From: an uncultured delta proteobacterium
Lineage (GTDB): Bacteria > Myxococcota > Myxococcia > Myxococcales > Myxococcaceae
Length of the DNA stretch: 64,000 nucleotides
Direction of reading: 5' to 3'
Assembly (NCBI GenBank): GCA_963771175.1
Contig: CAVYSY010000031.1
Coordinates: forward strand, 192,001 to 256,000
In this document: positions 32,209-47,371 of the stretch, piece by piece
Numbering within the stretch: position 1 is the stretch's first letter
How the letters are laid out: every line of letters starts with the position of its first letter
The notes under the pieces: generated by a model
Told to the model about the DNA's origin: nothing
What the model saw: only the letters and a program-made list of their open reading frames with translations
Database searches by the model: none
Position numbers and translations under genes: made by a program

Positions 32209-32244
32209 GAACGCCTCCCCGGGGAAATTTTCGGGGGGGCGTTC
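32209..32244. terminator. GC-rich hairpin after pccB, probable intrinsic terminator
   Basis: GAACGCCTCCCCGGGG-AAAT-TTTCGGGGGGGCGTTC stem (with G-U pairs); A-run upstream. Confidence 0.55.
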
Positions 32245-32278
32245 GCGCTTTCAAGAGTCGCACGAAAGGAGCACCTGT

Positions 32279-32909
32279 TTGTCGCAACCCCGCCTCGTCC
32301 TCTTCCTCGCTGACATCGAAGGCAACCTCACCGCCCTTCGCCAGACGCTCTCCCGCGCCTGTGAGGACGCCCATGTCCCCGTTCCCGATGTCCGCTGGGT
32401 GGAGTCCGCCACCGCCCTGGCTGATGCCGGCTGGCGTGTCGCCGAGCTCAAGCTCTCCCCCTCTGGCGGCAAGGCCGTCCCCGAGGATCATCTGGACGCG
32501 CTCGTCCGGGCCGTGGCCCGCGACTTCCGCGACCAGGCCGTGGGCCTCTACACGGACAAGGCCGGCAGCTATGGCCGCGCGTCCATGAGTGAGCCCGGCC
32601 GCTCCTCGCGCTCCCTGGAGGGCGAGTACATCGACGTGGTGCGTCAGAGCGCCCGCTGGTTGGGCATCGAGGGTCCCGTGCTCGGCCGCCTGCTGGACGG
32701 CGGAGCGACGGCGCGCAACCTGCTCGCCGCCGCGGTGGACTTCGGCACCGAGCAGCCCCAGGCCCCCACGGGCCAGAAGGGCCCGGGCCGGCGTCAGCCC
32801 GAGCCACCCCCTGCCCCGCCCGAGCCAGACGAGGACGACCGCTTCGTCGAGGCCAAGCTGGGCGAGGCTCGCCGGCTGATGGAGCAGTACCTCAGCCAGT
32901 CGCAAGTAG
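32279..32909 (+). CDS. Hypothetical protein inside the carboxylase cluster
   Basis: AAAGGAG SD before TTG 32279. The computed ORF runs to 33064 into accC; the true stop is probably TAG 32907-32909 after a one-base error. Confidence 0.6.
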
Positions 32910-33006
32910 TCGCTGGAGCGATTAGCTCCACCACTATGAGCATCGAGGGGGCGAGGACCAACGCGCCCTGCGACCGTCCGCGCCCCTGTGCTAAAGGGGC
33001 GCCACC

Positions 33007-34535
<1,529 letters not shown>

Positions 34536-34560
34536 CCCAGGACCCGGAGACCCGATTCCA

Positions 34561-35080
34561 ATGCGTTACTTCGCGAAGCTGCAGGGCCAGAAGGAAGCCG
34601 GTGCCGGTGGACATCGAGCCGCGCGGGCGACGGCCGCTACGCGCTCACGCTACAACGGCAAGACGCCACGATCGTGGACGCGCTCGACGCTCGACCACGG
34701 CGCGGTGTCGCATGCTGGTGGACGGCGCGCTCCTACAGCGTCGAGTTCGAGGACGCAGGGGGACGAGGTGCCGGTGCATGGTGCGGGGGCAGATCACCCG
34801 CGTCGACGTGGCCGACGAGCGGCGGCTGCGCCTGCGCGCCGCCGCCGCGGCCTTCAGCGCCGAGGGCAGGCAGGTCATCACCGCGCCCATGCCCGGCAAG
34901 GTGGTGAAGGTGCTGGTGACGGTGGGCGACGAGGTGAAGGAGGGCCAGGGGCTGGTGGTGGTCGAGGCGATGAAGATGGAGAACGAGCTGAAGAGCCCCA
35001 AGGCCGGCAAGGTGGTGGAGCTGCCCGCCAAGGAAGGCAGCGCGGTGGAGATCAACGCGAAGCTCGTCGTGGTGGAGTAG
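34561..35080 (+). CDS. accB: Biotin carboxyl carrier protein (frameshifted N-terminal part)
   Basis: [10 protein letters not shown]...VEAMKMENE biotinylation motif. Confidence 0.88.
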
Positions 35081-35103
35081 ACGCGGCACCGGGGAAGACG
35101 CCC

Positions 35104-36781
<1,678 letters not shown>

Positions 36782-36791
36782 CGAGGAACGG

Positions 36792-37307
36792 ATGGAAATG
36801 CTCTGCACACTGCGCAGCCTGACGGAGAACCAGCGTCAGAAACTGATCGAGCACCCGGACAAGCTCGAGGAGTTCATCGACGACGAGGAGGACTTCGGGG
36901 ACGCGGAGGGCGCGCGCTTCCTGGACCTCGACATCGGCGAGACGTGGCACGGCCTGCAGTACCTGCTGACGGGCTCGGCCTGGGAGGGCAAGGCGCCGCT
37001 GGACTTCCTGGTGCGCGGGGGCGTGGACGTGGGGGACATCCCCTCGGACGAGGGCACCGCGCGCGTCTTCACCGCCGAGGAGGTGAAGGCACTCTCCAAG
37101 TCGCTCGAGGCCCTGCCCGAGAAGACGCTGCTCTCGCGTTACGATCCGGCGAAGCTGCAGGCGGAGGACATCTACCCCGGCATCTGGGAGGAGCCGCCCG
37201 ATGACCTGGACCCGAAGGAGGAGCTGCTCTCCTACTTCGAGGAGCTGAAGAAGTTCATGGCCGGCGTGACGAAGCGCGGCCACGGCCTGCTCGTGTTCAT
37301 CGGCTGA
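36792..37307 (+). CDS. YfbM/DUF1877 family protein
   Basis: LDIGETWHGLQYLLTG, DIYPGIW, YFEELKKF. Confidence 0.85.
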   Translation: MEMLCTLRSLTENQRQKLIEHPDKLEEFIDDEEDFGDAEGARFLDLDIGETWHGLQYLLTGSAWEGKAPLDFLVRGGVDVGDIPSDEGTARVFTAEEVKALSKSLEALPEKTLLSRYDPAKLQAEDIYPGIWEEPPDDLDPKEELLSYFEELKKFMAGVTKRGHGLLVFIG

Positions 37308-37347
37308 GCGGGCGCGGCGGCACGGGGCGAGGGGACCACTCTTCCCC

Positions 37348-38117
37348 TCACCCGGCGAACACGTCGCGGCCCAGCTTGAGAGCGAGCGCCGCCACCACCA
37401 GCAGCACCACCTTGCGCACCAGCTTGTCGCCCCCGCGCACGGCGAGGTGCGCGCCAATCCACCCGCCCGTGAACTGCGCCGCGGCCATGGGCAGGGCCAC
37501 GTACCAGAGCACCACGCCCCGGTACGCGAAGAGCGACACGGCCGCGAGGTTGGACGCGAAGTTCACCACCTTGGCGTCCGCCGAGGCCCGCGTCATCGAG
37601 TGCCCCAGCAGCCCCGAGAAGCAGATGATGAGGAACGTCCCCGTCCCCGGCCCGAAGAAGCCGTCGTAGGTGCCAATGACGAGCGCGATGACCGCCCCCA
37701 GCGCCAGCATGCGGTTGCGCGGCGGCTCCGGCCTCTCCCCCGGCGGAGGCCCCCGGCGGAAGGCCAGGAAGACGGCCACGATCACCAACAGTGTCAGCAC
37801 CAGGGGCTTGAGGACCTCGGGGCGCATCAACAGCACCAGCCCCGCGCCGAGCGAACGAGCCCACCAGCCCGAGGGGGAAGGTGACGGCCGCCAGCTCCCG
37901 GCGAACCAGCCCCGCCCGGGAGAAGCGCACCAGCGCCGCGAACGCGCCAAACACCGACTGGCCCTTGTTCGTGCCCAGCGCCACGTGCGGCGGCAGCCCG
38001 GTGGCCAGCAGCGACGGCAGTGTCAGCAGCCCGCCCCCTCCCGCGATTGCATCCACCACACCGGCCGTGAGGGCCGCGACACACAGCAGGACGATTTCCA
38101 GCGGGAGTGACTTCCAC
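37348..38117 (-). CDS. TSUP (TauE/SafE, YfcA-like) transporter (frameshifts near 38105 and 37855)
   Basis: AGVVDAIAGGGGLL, ALGTNK, GTYDGFFGPGTG, AKVVNFASN. Confidence 0.88.
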
Positions 38118-38206
38118 GAGCGGCCACCTACCACGTCCAAAGCTTGCGCGCGCGTCGACTCTGGGCGTCAATTCGGGGCCAGCATCCCCCTCGCGGAGGT
38201 CCCCTC

Positions 38207-39011
38207 GTGCTCACCCCCCTCGTCTCCGTGATGACCCTCGTGCTGCTGTCGGCGGCACCCGCGGACCCCAAAGGGCCCACCTGCCGCTCCATCGACGGGC
38301 ACGTGGCCTGCGGCTACCAGTGCAAGTCGGACGGACAGCGCGTGCGGTGCGCCCAGACGCCCCAGGGCTCCTGCCAGGTCATCGACGGTCAGGCCGTGTG
38401 CTTCGACCCGCCGCCCCACATCTTCCGCATCTACGGCGACGCCCTGCCCCAGCCCGAGTGCAAGACCCTCGATGGGCAGGTGGCCTGCGGCTACCAGTGC
38501 GCCACCCAGTTCGGCAAGGTGAAGTGCGCGCGCACCCCGGCGGGCATGTGCGCCGGCCGCAACGACGAGCTCGTCTGTTTCGACCCGCCTCCCGAGGTGT
38601 ACGCCGTCTACGGCAAGGAAACGCCCAAGGCCGAGTGCCGCGGAAATGGCGATGACATCGCCTGCGGCTACAAGTGCACCCTCGGCGCCGGGAAGGTGGC
38701 CTGTAGCAAGACCCCCATCGGGCGTCTGCAAGAGCGACGGCCTCCGGCTGACCTGCTTCGACCCGCCCCCCCAGGCGTTCTGCGCCTGGGGCAAGTCGCT
38801 GCCGCCCCTGCAGTGCCAGCTCAGCGACAACCAGCCGGTGTGCGGCTACGGCTGCACCAAGGCCTACTCGAAGGTGGCTTGCGCGGCCACCCCCAATGGC
38901 GTGTGCAAGGTGTTCGACACCGAGGTCTACTGCTTCGACCCGCCCAGCACCCAGGACGCGGACCCGACCTGCCTGAGCCTCGTCGGACTGGCCTCGATGG
39001 GCGCGCCCTGA
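38207..39011 (+). CDS. Secreted Cys-rich protein with four ~58-aa repeats (frameshift near 38720)
   Basis: GGAGG SD, signal peptide, repeats of C-x8-CGY-x-C-x8/9-C-x2-TP-x-G-x-C-x8-CFDPP. Confidence 0.8.
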
Positions 39012-39092
39012 CGCGCGAGGCCCGGCAGCTTGCTTTCCCCTGCCCTGCGACAGGGGTAGGGTGACCGGAGTACACAAGGAGCGACATCGGAG

Positions 39093-41549
39093 ATGGCGGA
39101 GGGAGACGTCCGGCAATATTTCGTGCGAAACGACCAGGGGACCCTGTGGGGCCCGCTGGCCCTGCCCACCATCGAGTTGCTCATCGACAACGGGGCCATC
39201 CAGGGTCGGCTCCAGGTCTCCGAGGACGGCATCAACTTCGCCTTCCCCGGGCGCTTCCCGCACCTCCGCGATTCCTTCCCTCGCGAGCTGTGGGGCGACG
39301 TCGTTCCTCCTGGCCCGCCGCCCCGCCCGCCCCTGCCGCGCCCAAGCCCGCTCCCCCCGGTCCCCCTCCAGGCATGGCCTCGGGAGCGCCCCCGCGGGGT
39401 CCAGTGGGTGTGCCCATGGCCGGACCCGGTGCCGTTCGCGGCCCGGCCGGGTCCGCCCGCCGTGGGTCCGGGTGTCCGGCCCGCCGCCCCCCCTCCAGGT
39501 GGCCCGCCTCGTGCCGTGACCCGGCCCCCCATTCCCGGCGCCGCCCCCCAGGTCGCCGCTCCCGCGACTCCACCGGGCGCCGCACCTCATCCGGCAGCCC
39601 CTGGTGGCCCTCCGCGTGCCGTGACTCGGCCCCCCATTCCCGGCGCCGCCCCTCAGGTCGTCGCTCCCGCGACTGCACCGGGTGCCGTGCCTCAGCCGGC
39701 CGCTCCCGGTGGCCCTCCTCGTGCCGCCACCCAGCCCCCCATTCCCGGCGCCGCGGCCTCGAACGATGCGCCACCCACGAGCGGACAGCTCGAGACGCAC
39801 TCGCCCGTGCGCCTCTATGGCCTCCTCGCCGCCGGCAACCACACGGGGCTGCTCACGCTCACCCTCGCGGACTGCGCCGTCAGCATCCACTTCCGCAAGG
39901 GCAACCCCGACTTCATCGACTCCTCGCACCCCGAGGACGCGCTGGGCACCTCGCTCCTCCAGGCGAAGCTCGTCACCCCCGAGCAGCTCCAGCAGGCCGA
40001 GGCCTCGAAGAGCCGCTTCGGCGGGGAGCTGCTCGCCGCCCTCTTCGGGCTGGGCCTCCTGCAGCCGGCCTCCGCCTTCACCCAGCTCGCGCACCGCGCC
40101 CAGGCCATCCTCCTCAAGGGCCTGCGCGCCGAGTCCGGCTCCTTCACCTTCGAGTCCAAGGACCTCCCCCCCGCCAAGGCGATGCCGCTCGGCAACAAGT
40201 GGGCGGTGCTGACCGACCTCGTGCGCCGCATCCCCAGCGCGGACCTCCGGCGCCGGTTGCAGCCGGTGCTGAACCTGCCGGTGATGAAGTCCAACGGGCG
40301 CGTGGCCACCGGCGATCTGCGCCTCACGCCCCACGAGGTGCGCGTGCTCGCCCTCATCGATGGGGCGCGCTCGGCGAACCAGCTCCTCACGGACCTCCCC
40401 CAGGACGCCGACCACCTGCTGCGACTCGTGTTCCTCCTCAAGGAACTCGATGCGGTGTCCTTCGCCTCCGTGCGCGCGGGGCCACCATCCGCCGCGCCCC
40501 AGCGACCGAGCACCCAGGCTCCCATCGTGCAGTCCGCCGCCGCGCCCCAGGCCGCCACGGCCGCCCGCCCGGGCTCGCCTCCGGGTGCCGCCCAGCCCGG
40601 CGCCGCCCCCCAGGCTCCACGTCCGGCGGCTCCTGCTCCAGCGGCCGCTCCCGCCGCGAAACCGGCGGCTCCGGCTCCGACGGCCACTCCCGCCGCGAAA
40701 CCAGCGGCTCCGGCTCCGACGGCTGCTCCCGCCGCGAAACCAGCGGCTCCGGCTCCGACGGCTGCTCCCGCCGCGAAACCGGCGACTCCGGCTCCGACGG
40801 CTGCTCCCGCCGCGAAACCGGCCGCCCCTGCCTCGGCCCCCGCCGCCTCGGGCTCCGCTCCGGGCGCTGGCGAGATTCCCGCGCTCCGCGAGCTGGCCGT
40901 GAAGCTGAAGGAGCAGAACCACTTCGAGCGCCTGGGTCTGGGCGGGGACACCAATGGCCCGGCGGTGAAGATCGCCTACTTCAAGCTGGCCAAGCAGTAC
41001 CACCCGGACACCCTGCCACCCGGTGCGCCCCCGGAGCTGGAGAAGCTCAAGGCCGACATCTTCGCCTACATCGGCGAGGCCTACCGCACGCTCTCGGACG
41101 ACAAGAGCCGCGCCGAGTACCTCGAGGAGCTCAAGAGCGGTGGCAAGCAGGAGGCGCAGGTGGACGTGGAGGCCATCCTCAAGAGCGAGGATCTCTTCCG
41201 CAAGTCCGGCCACTACATCAAGGCGAGGAAGTTCGCCGATGCGGTGAAGCTGCTCGACGAGGCCATCCAGCTCAACGGCGAGGAGCCCGAGTTCTACGCC
41301 TGGCGCGGCTACGCCCGCTTCTTCACCTTCGAGGACAAGAAGGCGGGCTACACCGAGGCCTACAAGGACCTCCAGCACTGTCTGAAGAAGAACGACAAGG
41401 TCGCCTCCGCGCACTACTTCCTGGGCGTCATCGCCAAGCTATGTGGTGACCACAGCGGTGCGCTGAAGCACTTCCAGAAGACCGTGGAACTTCAGCCAAA
41501 TCACATCGACGCGCAGCGGGAGATCCGCATGGCGGCCCAAAAGAAGTAG
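39093..41549 (+). CDS. DnaJ-domain protein with DUF4388-like, Pro-rich and TPR regions (SgmC-like)
   Basis: N-terminal GYF-like WGPL; HTGLLTL...IHFRKG; J domain NHFERLG...YHPD...AYRTLSD; C-terminal TPRs. Confidence 0.85.
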   Translation: MAEGDVRQYFVRNDQGTLWGPLALPTIELLIDNGAIQGRLQVSEDGINFAFPGRFPHLRDSFPRELWGDVVPPGPPPRPPLPRPSPLPPVPLQAWPRERPRGVQWVCPWPDPVPFAARPGPPAVGPGVRPAAPPPGGPPRAVTRPPIPGAAPQVAAPATPPGAAPHPAAPGGPPRAVTRPPIPGAAPQVVAPATAPGAVPQPAAPGGPPRAATQPPIPGAAASNDAPPTSGQLETHSPVRLYGLLAAGNHTGLLTLTLADCAVSIHFRKGNPDFIDSSHPEDALGTSLLQAKLVTPEQLQQAEASKSRFGGELLAALFGLGLLQPASAFTQLAHRAQAILLKGLRAESGSFTFESKDLPPAKAMPLGNKWAVLTDLVRRIPSADLRRRLQPVLNLPVMKSNGRVATGDLRLTPHEVRVLALIDGARSANQLLTDLPQDADHLLRLVFLLKELDAVSFASVRAGPPSAAPQRPSTQAPIVQSAAAPQAATAARPGSPPGAAQPGAAPQAPRPAAPAPAAAPAAKPAAPAPTATPAAKPAAPAPTAAPAAKPAAPAPTAAPAAKPATPAPTAAPAAKPAAPASAPAASGSAPGAGEIPALRELAVKLKEQNHFERLGLGGDTNGPAVKIAYFKLAKQYHPDTLPPGAPPELEKLKADIFAYIGEAYRTLSDDKSRAEYLEELKSGGKQEAQVDVEAILKSEDLFRKSGHYIKARKFADAVKLLDEAIQLNGEEPEFYAWRGYARFFTFEDKKAGYTEAYKDLQHCLKKNDKVASAHYFLGVIAKLCGDHSGALKHFQKTVELQPNHIDAQREIRMAAQKK
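39498..39755 (+). repeat. Coding tandem repeat, 105-nt unit (35 aa, [16 protein letters not shown]...) x~2.5
   Basis: Units start at 39498, 39603, 39708. Confidence 0.85.
40623..40822 (+). repeat. Coding tandem repeat, 39-nt unit ([13 protein letters not shown]) x5
   Basis: Units start at 40623, 40662, 40701, 40740, 40779. Confidence 0.9.
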
Positions 41550-41605
41550 GGTGCGCCAGCGCGGGAGCGCCCACGAGGGGCTCCCCATCTACGAGGAGAA
41601 GAATC

Positions 41606-41896
41606 TTGCCGTTGACCGGAAAGCAGCGCCGCCAGCTTCGCGCGCTGGGACACCACCTGGAGCCGGTGGTCATCGTGGGACAGTCGGGAGTCACCGAGGG
41701 CGTCGTCGCCGCCGTCGCGCAGGCGCTCCATGACCATGAGCTCATCAAGGTGAAGATCAACGAAGGTCCCGAGAGCCGCCAGGAGGCCGCGCAGAAGCTG
41801 GCCGAGGGCACGGGCGCCGAGCTGGCGCAGCTCCTGGGCCGCACCGCCCTGCTCTTCAAGAAGCGGGAAGAGGACTCGGAGTTCGAGAAGCTCTGA
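41606..41896 (+). CDS. yhbY: YhbY/CRM-domain RNA-binding protein
   Basis: LTGKQRRQLRALGHHLEPVVIVG, HELIKVK, GRTALLFK. Confidence 0.93.
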   Translation: MPLTGKQRRQLRALGHHLEPVVIVGQSGVTEGVVAAVAQALHDHELIKVKINEGPESRQEAAQKLAEGTGAELAQLLGRTALLFKKREEDSEFEKL

Positions 41897-41905
41897 GGAG
41901 CGCCG

Positions 41906-43210
41906 TCAGCGCGTGAAGCCCGCCGCCTGGGCGGCCAGCTCGGCCCCCGTGCCCAGACGCTCCAGCAGCGCGGGGCCGAAGTACTGGCGACGGGCCTCGC
42001 CCTCACCGGCCTCCACCCGCTCCGGCGTCTCCACGTAGCCCACGTAGCCGTCCGCGAGCCCCAGCACGCCCGTGGCCCCGGTGCGCCGCAACAGCACCGA
42101 GCCCGCGCCCACCGTGGGCTCGCCCGGCAGCACCAGCAGCTCCAACGGGCCCAACGTGAGCGCCCCCACCTCCGTCATCTTCGAGGCCGAGGTGCAGAGG
42201 AAGTTGTCCCCCGCCGCGCGAGAGTAGGACGGCACCAGCCGCGAGGAGTCCGGCCTCGGCAGCGCCACCTCCGCCCGAGCGAAGGCCAGCCGCGTCTCTC
42301 CAACGGCCCCGGGCGTCGCCCGCTCCGCCAGCTCCGCCAGCGTTCGCGCGTAGGCCCGAGCCTTCTCCACGCCCTCGCCCTCGTCGAAGGAGTGGGTGAC
42401 GTTGCCCCCCGCGCCCTGCAGCACCAGCGACACCCCACCCTTCTCCTCACGGAGCTGGCTCAGCCGCCCCGGCCAGTCCGGGTCCAGGGAAGCCCGCCTG
42501 CGGGGGATGAGGGTGGGATGCGCGGCGAAGACGAGCACCTCGGCCACGGGGCCCCCGGCACCGCGCAACACGACGCGGGTGAGCCGCCCATCCGGGTCCT
42601 CGCCGCCCGAGCGCGAGCGCACCAGCCCCGGCTCCTGGGCCTCGCCCACCTCCAGCGTGACGTCGGTGAGTCGGGCCGCCGCCTCGTGGAGCGCGGTGCT
42701 CGCCCCGGCCACCACGGCCTCCAGGGCCGCCTTCCGGTAACGCCCGGTGCCGGCGAGCTGAGACACCAGTCGCGCATCATATCCGCCCAACGAGGAGTGG
42801 GAGTGCGTGGCCATGACCACCACGCCCTGGAGCCCCAGGTCCGCGGCGCGCTCGCGCACCGCGGCCACCACGTCGTCGGGCACCAGCAGCAACTCCAACG
42901 AGACGAGCCCCACCTTCACCTCTCCCGCGGCGAGCACCACCGCGCGGGCCTGGGGCATCAGGTCCGCCTGACTGGCCTCAGGGCGGGGAGGCGTGTAGCC
43001 CGCCACCACCACCGGGTAGGGCGGCTGCAGGGAAACCCTCGCCGCTCCGGCTCGCAGGGGTCCCTCGGCGTGCACCTGCCCGAGCAGCACCGGCGCCCGC
43101 TCGTTCCACCGCCCGCACCAGTTCCACGAGGCGAGCGCATAGGCCGACCCCACCGTCAGGAGCGTCAGGGGAAGCAGGGAGCTCAGGAATCGCCGCCACC
43201 GGGAAGACAT
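41906..43210 (-). CDS. Neutral/alkaline ceramidase N-terminal-domain-like hydrolase
   Basis: [48 protein letters not shown]. Confidence 0.75.
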   Translation of the reverse strand: MSSRWRRFLSSLLPLTLLTVGSAYALASWNWCGRWNERAPVLLGQVHAEGPLRAGAARVSLQPPYPVVVAGYTPPRPEASQADLMPQARAVVLAAGEVKVGLVSLELLLVPDDVVAAVRERAADLGLQGVVVMATHSHSSLGGYDARLVSQLAGTGRYRKAALEAVVAGASTALHEAAARLTDVTLEVGEAQEPGLVRSRSGGEDPDGRLTRVVLRGAGGPVAEVLVFAAHPTLIPRRRASLDPDWPGRLSQLREEKGGVSLVLQGAGGNVTHSFDEGEGVEKARAYARTLAELAERATPGAVGETRLAFARAEVALPRPDSSRLVPSYSRAAGDNFLCTSASKMTEVGALTLGPLELLVLPGEPTVGAGSVLLRRTGATGVLGLADGYVGYVETPERVEAGEGEARRQYFGPALLERLGTGAELAAQAAGFTR

Positions 43211-43359
43211 GCGGGGAGGAAGCGTACCTCTCCCCAAGGAATTCCGGGACCCTGGCTGCTCGCCCCCTCGGCCCTTTCAATGAGCCGCTGGAATACCGCC
43301 GAACAAGACAACCGTTCTTCCAGTTCCGTTCGGCACCCGAAGGGGGTAAGGCAGCGCCT

Positions 43360-44759
<1,400 letters not shown>

Positions 44760-44769
44760 GCTGACGGGC

Positions 44770-45690
44770 CTACGGGGAGGGGGACGTCCTCTCCTCGGCG
44801 CCCATGTGGGGCAGGGCATTCATGGCCCGCAGCATGCCGCCGAGCACCTCGTCCAGGGTCGTCCGGCCGCGCACCATCTGTTGGGGGTGCTCGAAGGAGG
44901 CGTGACCGCTGTTGATGGCCTCGGTGAGCTCCATCATCAGGCGCGCCAGCTCCTCCGAGAAACCGAAGCCCATGAGCATGGGCACCAGCGCCGCCGGGGC
45001 GTGCTCCGCCAGCTGGATGGGCCGGCCGAGCAGTCGCGCCAGCGTGTCCGCCATCTCGTTTGGGCTGTAGTCCACCGGGCCCGCCAGCTCCACCACACGC
45101 CGGCCGAGCGCGGGCTCGAGCAGCATCCGCGCCGCCATCTCGCCGATGTCCCGCGTCGCCGCCATGGGGATCCTCCGGTCCGAGGGGGAGAAGAAGCTCG
45201 GCAACACGCCCGACTCCACCGCGGAAGGCAGCGAGCCACCCAGGTTCTCCATGAAGTACGCCGCGCGCACGAACGTGACCGGCGGGCCCAGAGCGCCCCA
45301 TTCCCGCTCGGCGAGGTTCAGCGTCTTCACGATGCCCGTGCCCTCGGCGTGCTGAGCCCCCACCGAGGAGAGGACCACGAGGTGGGGCACACCGCTCGCC
45401 TTCACCGCCTGCCCCACGGCGTCCACCGTGCGCCAGCACGCCTCCATCACGCCGGTGATAGAGGGCACGGGAGGAGGAATCAGCAAGTAGGCCCCCCGCG
45501 CGCCCGTCATCGCCAGGGTCATCGCCGGGACATCCTGCAATTCCGCCAGGGCGACCTCGGCGCCCCACTGCCGCCACGGCGCGGCCTTGGCCTTGTCCCG
45601 GAGGACAACCCGGACCCGCTCTCCCTTCTCCAGCAGTGTCCGCGCCACGACCGACCCTGTATGTCCCGATGCTCCAGTGACCACGTACAT
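44770..45690 (-). CDS. NmrA-family NAD(P)-binding protein
   Basis: VVTGASGHTG, VVLSSVGA, RAAYFMEN, ATRDIG. Confidence 0.88.
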   Translation of the reverse strand: MYVVTGASGHTGSVVARTLLEKGERVRVVLRDKAKAAPWRQWGAEVALAELQDVPAMTLAMTGARGAYLLIPPPVPSITGVMEACWRTVDAVGQAVKASGVPHLVVLSSVGAQHAEGTGIVKTLNLAEREWGALGPPVTFVRAAYFMENLGGSLPSAVESGVLPSFFSPSDRRIPMAATRDIGEMAARMLLEPALGRRVVELAGPVDYSPNEMADTLARLLGRPIQLAEHAPAALVPMLMGFGFSEELARLMMELTEAINSGHASFEHPQQMVRGRTTLDEVLGGMLRAMNALPHMGAEERTSPSP

Positions 45691-45881
45691 GCGACCCTCC
45701 TCGCGTTTCCGGGAGCCGGGACACCTGACCCAGGCCCCTCTCCAGCACTAACGAGCGGCTCGCGCCTTTTCGGGGAGACCCTCGCGAGGTGCATCACTCG
45801 AGGCGCTGGCTCGGCGGCTACGGGACAGGGCACCTGCTCAGGCCCTGCTTCCGGCGAGTGCCCTCGCGGTACAGTCGCCCC

Positions 45882-46844
45882 ATGAAAGCAAAGCCCCCTC
45901 CGACCCTAGCGCCCCCTCGCTCGCGCCGCTGGAGCGCCCTCCCCTTCGGCCTGCTGCTGCTGGCGACCAGCGCCTCGGCCGCCGAGCCGAAGGACGCAGC
46001 CTGGGCCGAGCTCCTGCCCGTCCCGTCCCGGACGCCCGCCACGCAGCCGAAGCCGGCCCAACCGGCCCCGTGCCAGCCGGAGAACTTCATCCCGGGGGAG
46101 ACGCCTTCCAAGCGCGTCGATACCGGTGGCTCGCCCGCGCAGCTCTACGAGCTCTCCACCGGCGAGCAGATGAACATCAACGGCTGGGAGCAGGAGAACG
46201 CGCAGGTGCGCGAGCTGCCGGCGCCGTTCTCGCTCACCTATTACGCGTTCGGCTGCGCGAGTGACTTCTCGTACGTGCTCGACATCTCGCGCGGCGGCAA
46301 GCGCCATGCGCTCTACCAGCACGTGCTCGGCTTCGACGTGCACCCGACGAAGCCCGTCCTCTTCTTCGCCCAGAACGAGCGCAAGAACGACCGCTACCAG
46401 AAGTTCGTCGGCCTCGTGAACCTCACCAACAAGCGCAAGATGCCGCTGCCGGCGCTCCCGTGCGTGTCGGGAACGAACGCGCGCTTCTCGGGAGACCGGC
46501 TCATCACCTACGGGGATGCGCGCACGGGCAACGAGGGGAAGACGGACGTGTGCGTGTGGAGCCTCGACGGCAAGCTGAAGGCCCGGCTGCTCGCGGACCT
46601 CGACTGGACGGCGGGCGCGGGAGACATCCTGCTCGACCAGATCGGCGTGCTGCCGCGCGAGCCTGACACCTTCTATGCCCTCCACCACGACCGCTTCGGC
46701 GACCCCTCCCACTGTGAGCTCCGACTGCAGAGCCTCAAGCGCGCCAGCCAGTCGCGCCGGGTGGACCTCGGCGCCTCCGAGTCGCAGGAAGCCTGTCTGC
46801 GCAACGAGACGAAGCTCGGCACCATGAGCCTCATGGGACGTTGA
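45882..46844 (+). CDS. Secreted hypothetical protein (beta-rich)
   Basis: Signal peptide LLLLATSASA; typical codon usage; 3' end slightly overlaps the convergent gene. Confidence 0.65.
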   Translation: MKAKPPPTLAPPRSRRWSALPFGLLLLATSASAAEPKDAAWAELLPVPSRTPATQPKPAQPAPCQPENFIPGETPSKRVDTGGSPAQLYELSTGEQMNINGWEQENAQVRELPAPFSLTYYAFGCASDFSYVLDISRGGKRHALYQHVLGFDVHPTKPVLFFAQNERKNDRYQKFVGLVNLTNKRKMPLPALPCVSGTNARFSGDRLITYGDARTGNEGKTDVCVWSLDGKLKARLLADLDWTAGAGDILLDQIGVLPREPDTFYALHHDRFGDPSHCELRLQSLKRASQSRRVDLGASESQEACLRNETKLGTMSLMGR

Positions 46845-47172
46845 GGTCCTCGGCGTACTGGTCGTGGTCCTGGAACCTGGCGCTGTCCATGCGGGCCTCG
46901 GACAGCGTGTCCGGCGAGAGGTCCATCCTGTCGGCCGCCTCCAGCACCTCGCCCAGGCTGGCCTTGCGGATCTGCTCCCTGTCCAGCAAGAGACGGATGT
47001 CATCCCCGTCAATCGTGTCCACCGAGCTGAAGGGGACCCGGTAGTCCCTGGCGTAGAGCACGCCCTTCTCCACGACGAAGGCATCCGCCGCCAGGCCGAT
47101 GACCGTGCCCAACCGGCGCCCGTCCTTGCTCTTCACATCCATGCCGACCCGAACATCCATCCGCTGCGCCAT
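46831..47172 (-). CDS. PRC-barrel/DUF2171-like small protein
   Basis: VRVGMDVKSKDGRRLGTV...FVVEKGVLYARDYRVPFS; GAGGAG SD. Confidence 0.75.
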   Translation of the reverse strand: MAQRMDVRVGMDVKSKDGRRLGTVIGLAADAFVVEKGVLYARDYRVPFSSVDTIDGDDIRLLLDREQIRKASLGEVLEAADRMDLSPDTLSEARMDSARFQDHDQYAEDLNVP

Positions 47173-47371
47173 GGCGGGCTCCTCGCTGCGGTGAGGGAAC
47201 GGAGACGGCCGGGCCCTCCCGGACGCCCCCGGGGGAAGATGAGGATCGAGGCATTCCCTCGCAAGAGGCGCTAGCCCCCTCCCCTCCCCCGCGGGCCGGT
47301 GAGCGGTTCCTGGCGGTCAGATACAATGGCAGACGATCTGAGGCCCGCCGTCTCGAGCAGTCCCCGCCACC

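Noticed and set aside
38379..41414. Long antisense or alternative-frame ORFs (e.g. 38379-41414, 9260-11212, 23532-25685, 6013-7809)
   Set aside because: Shadow ORFs expected in high-GC DNA; they lie opposite well-supported genes and carry no motifs
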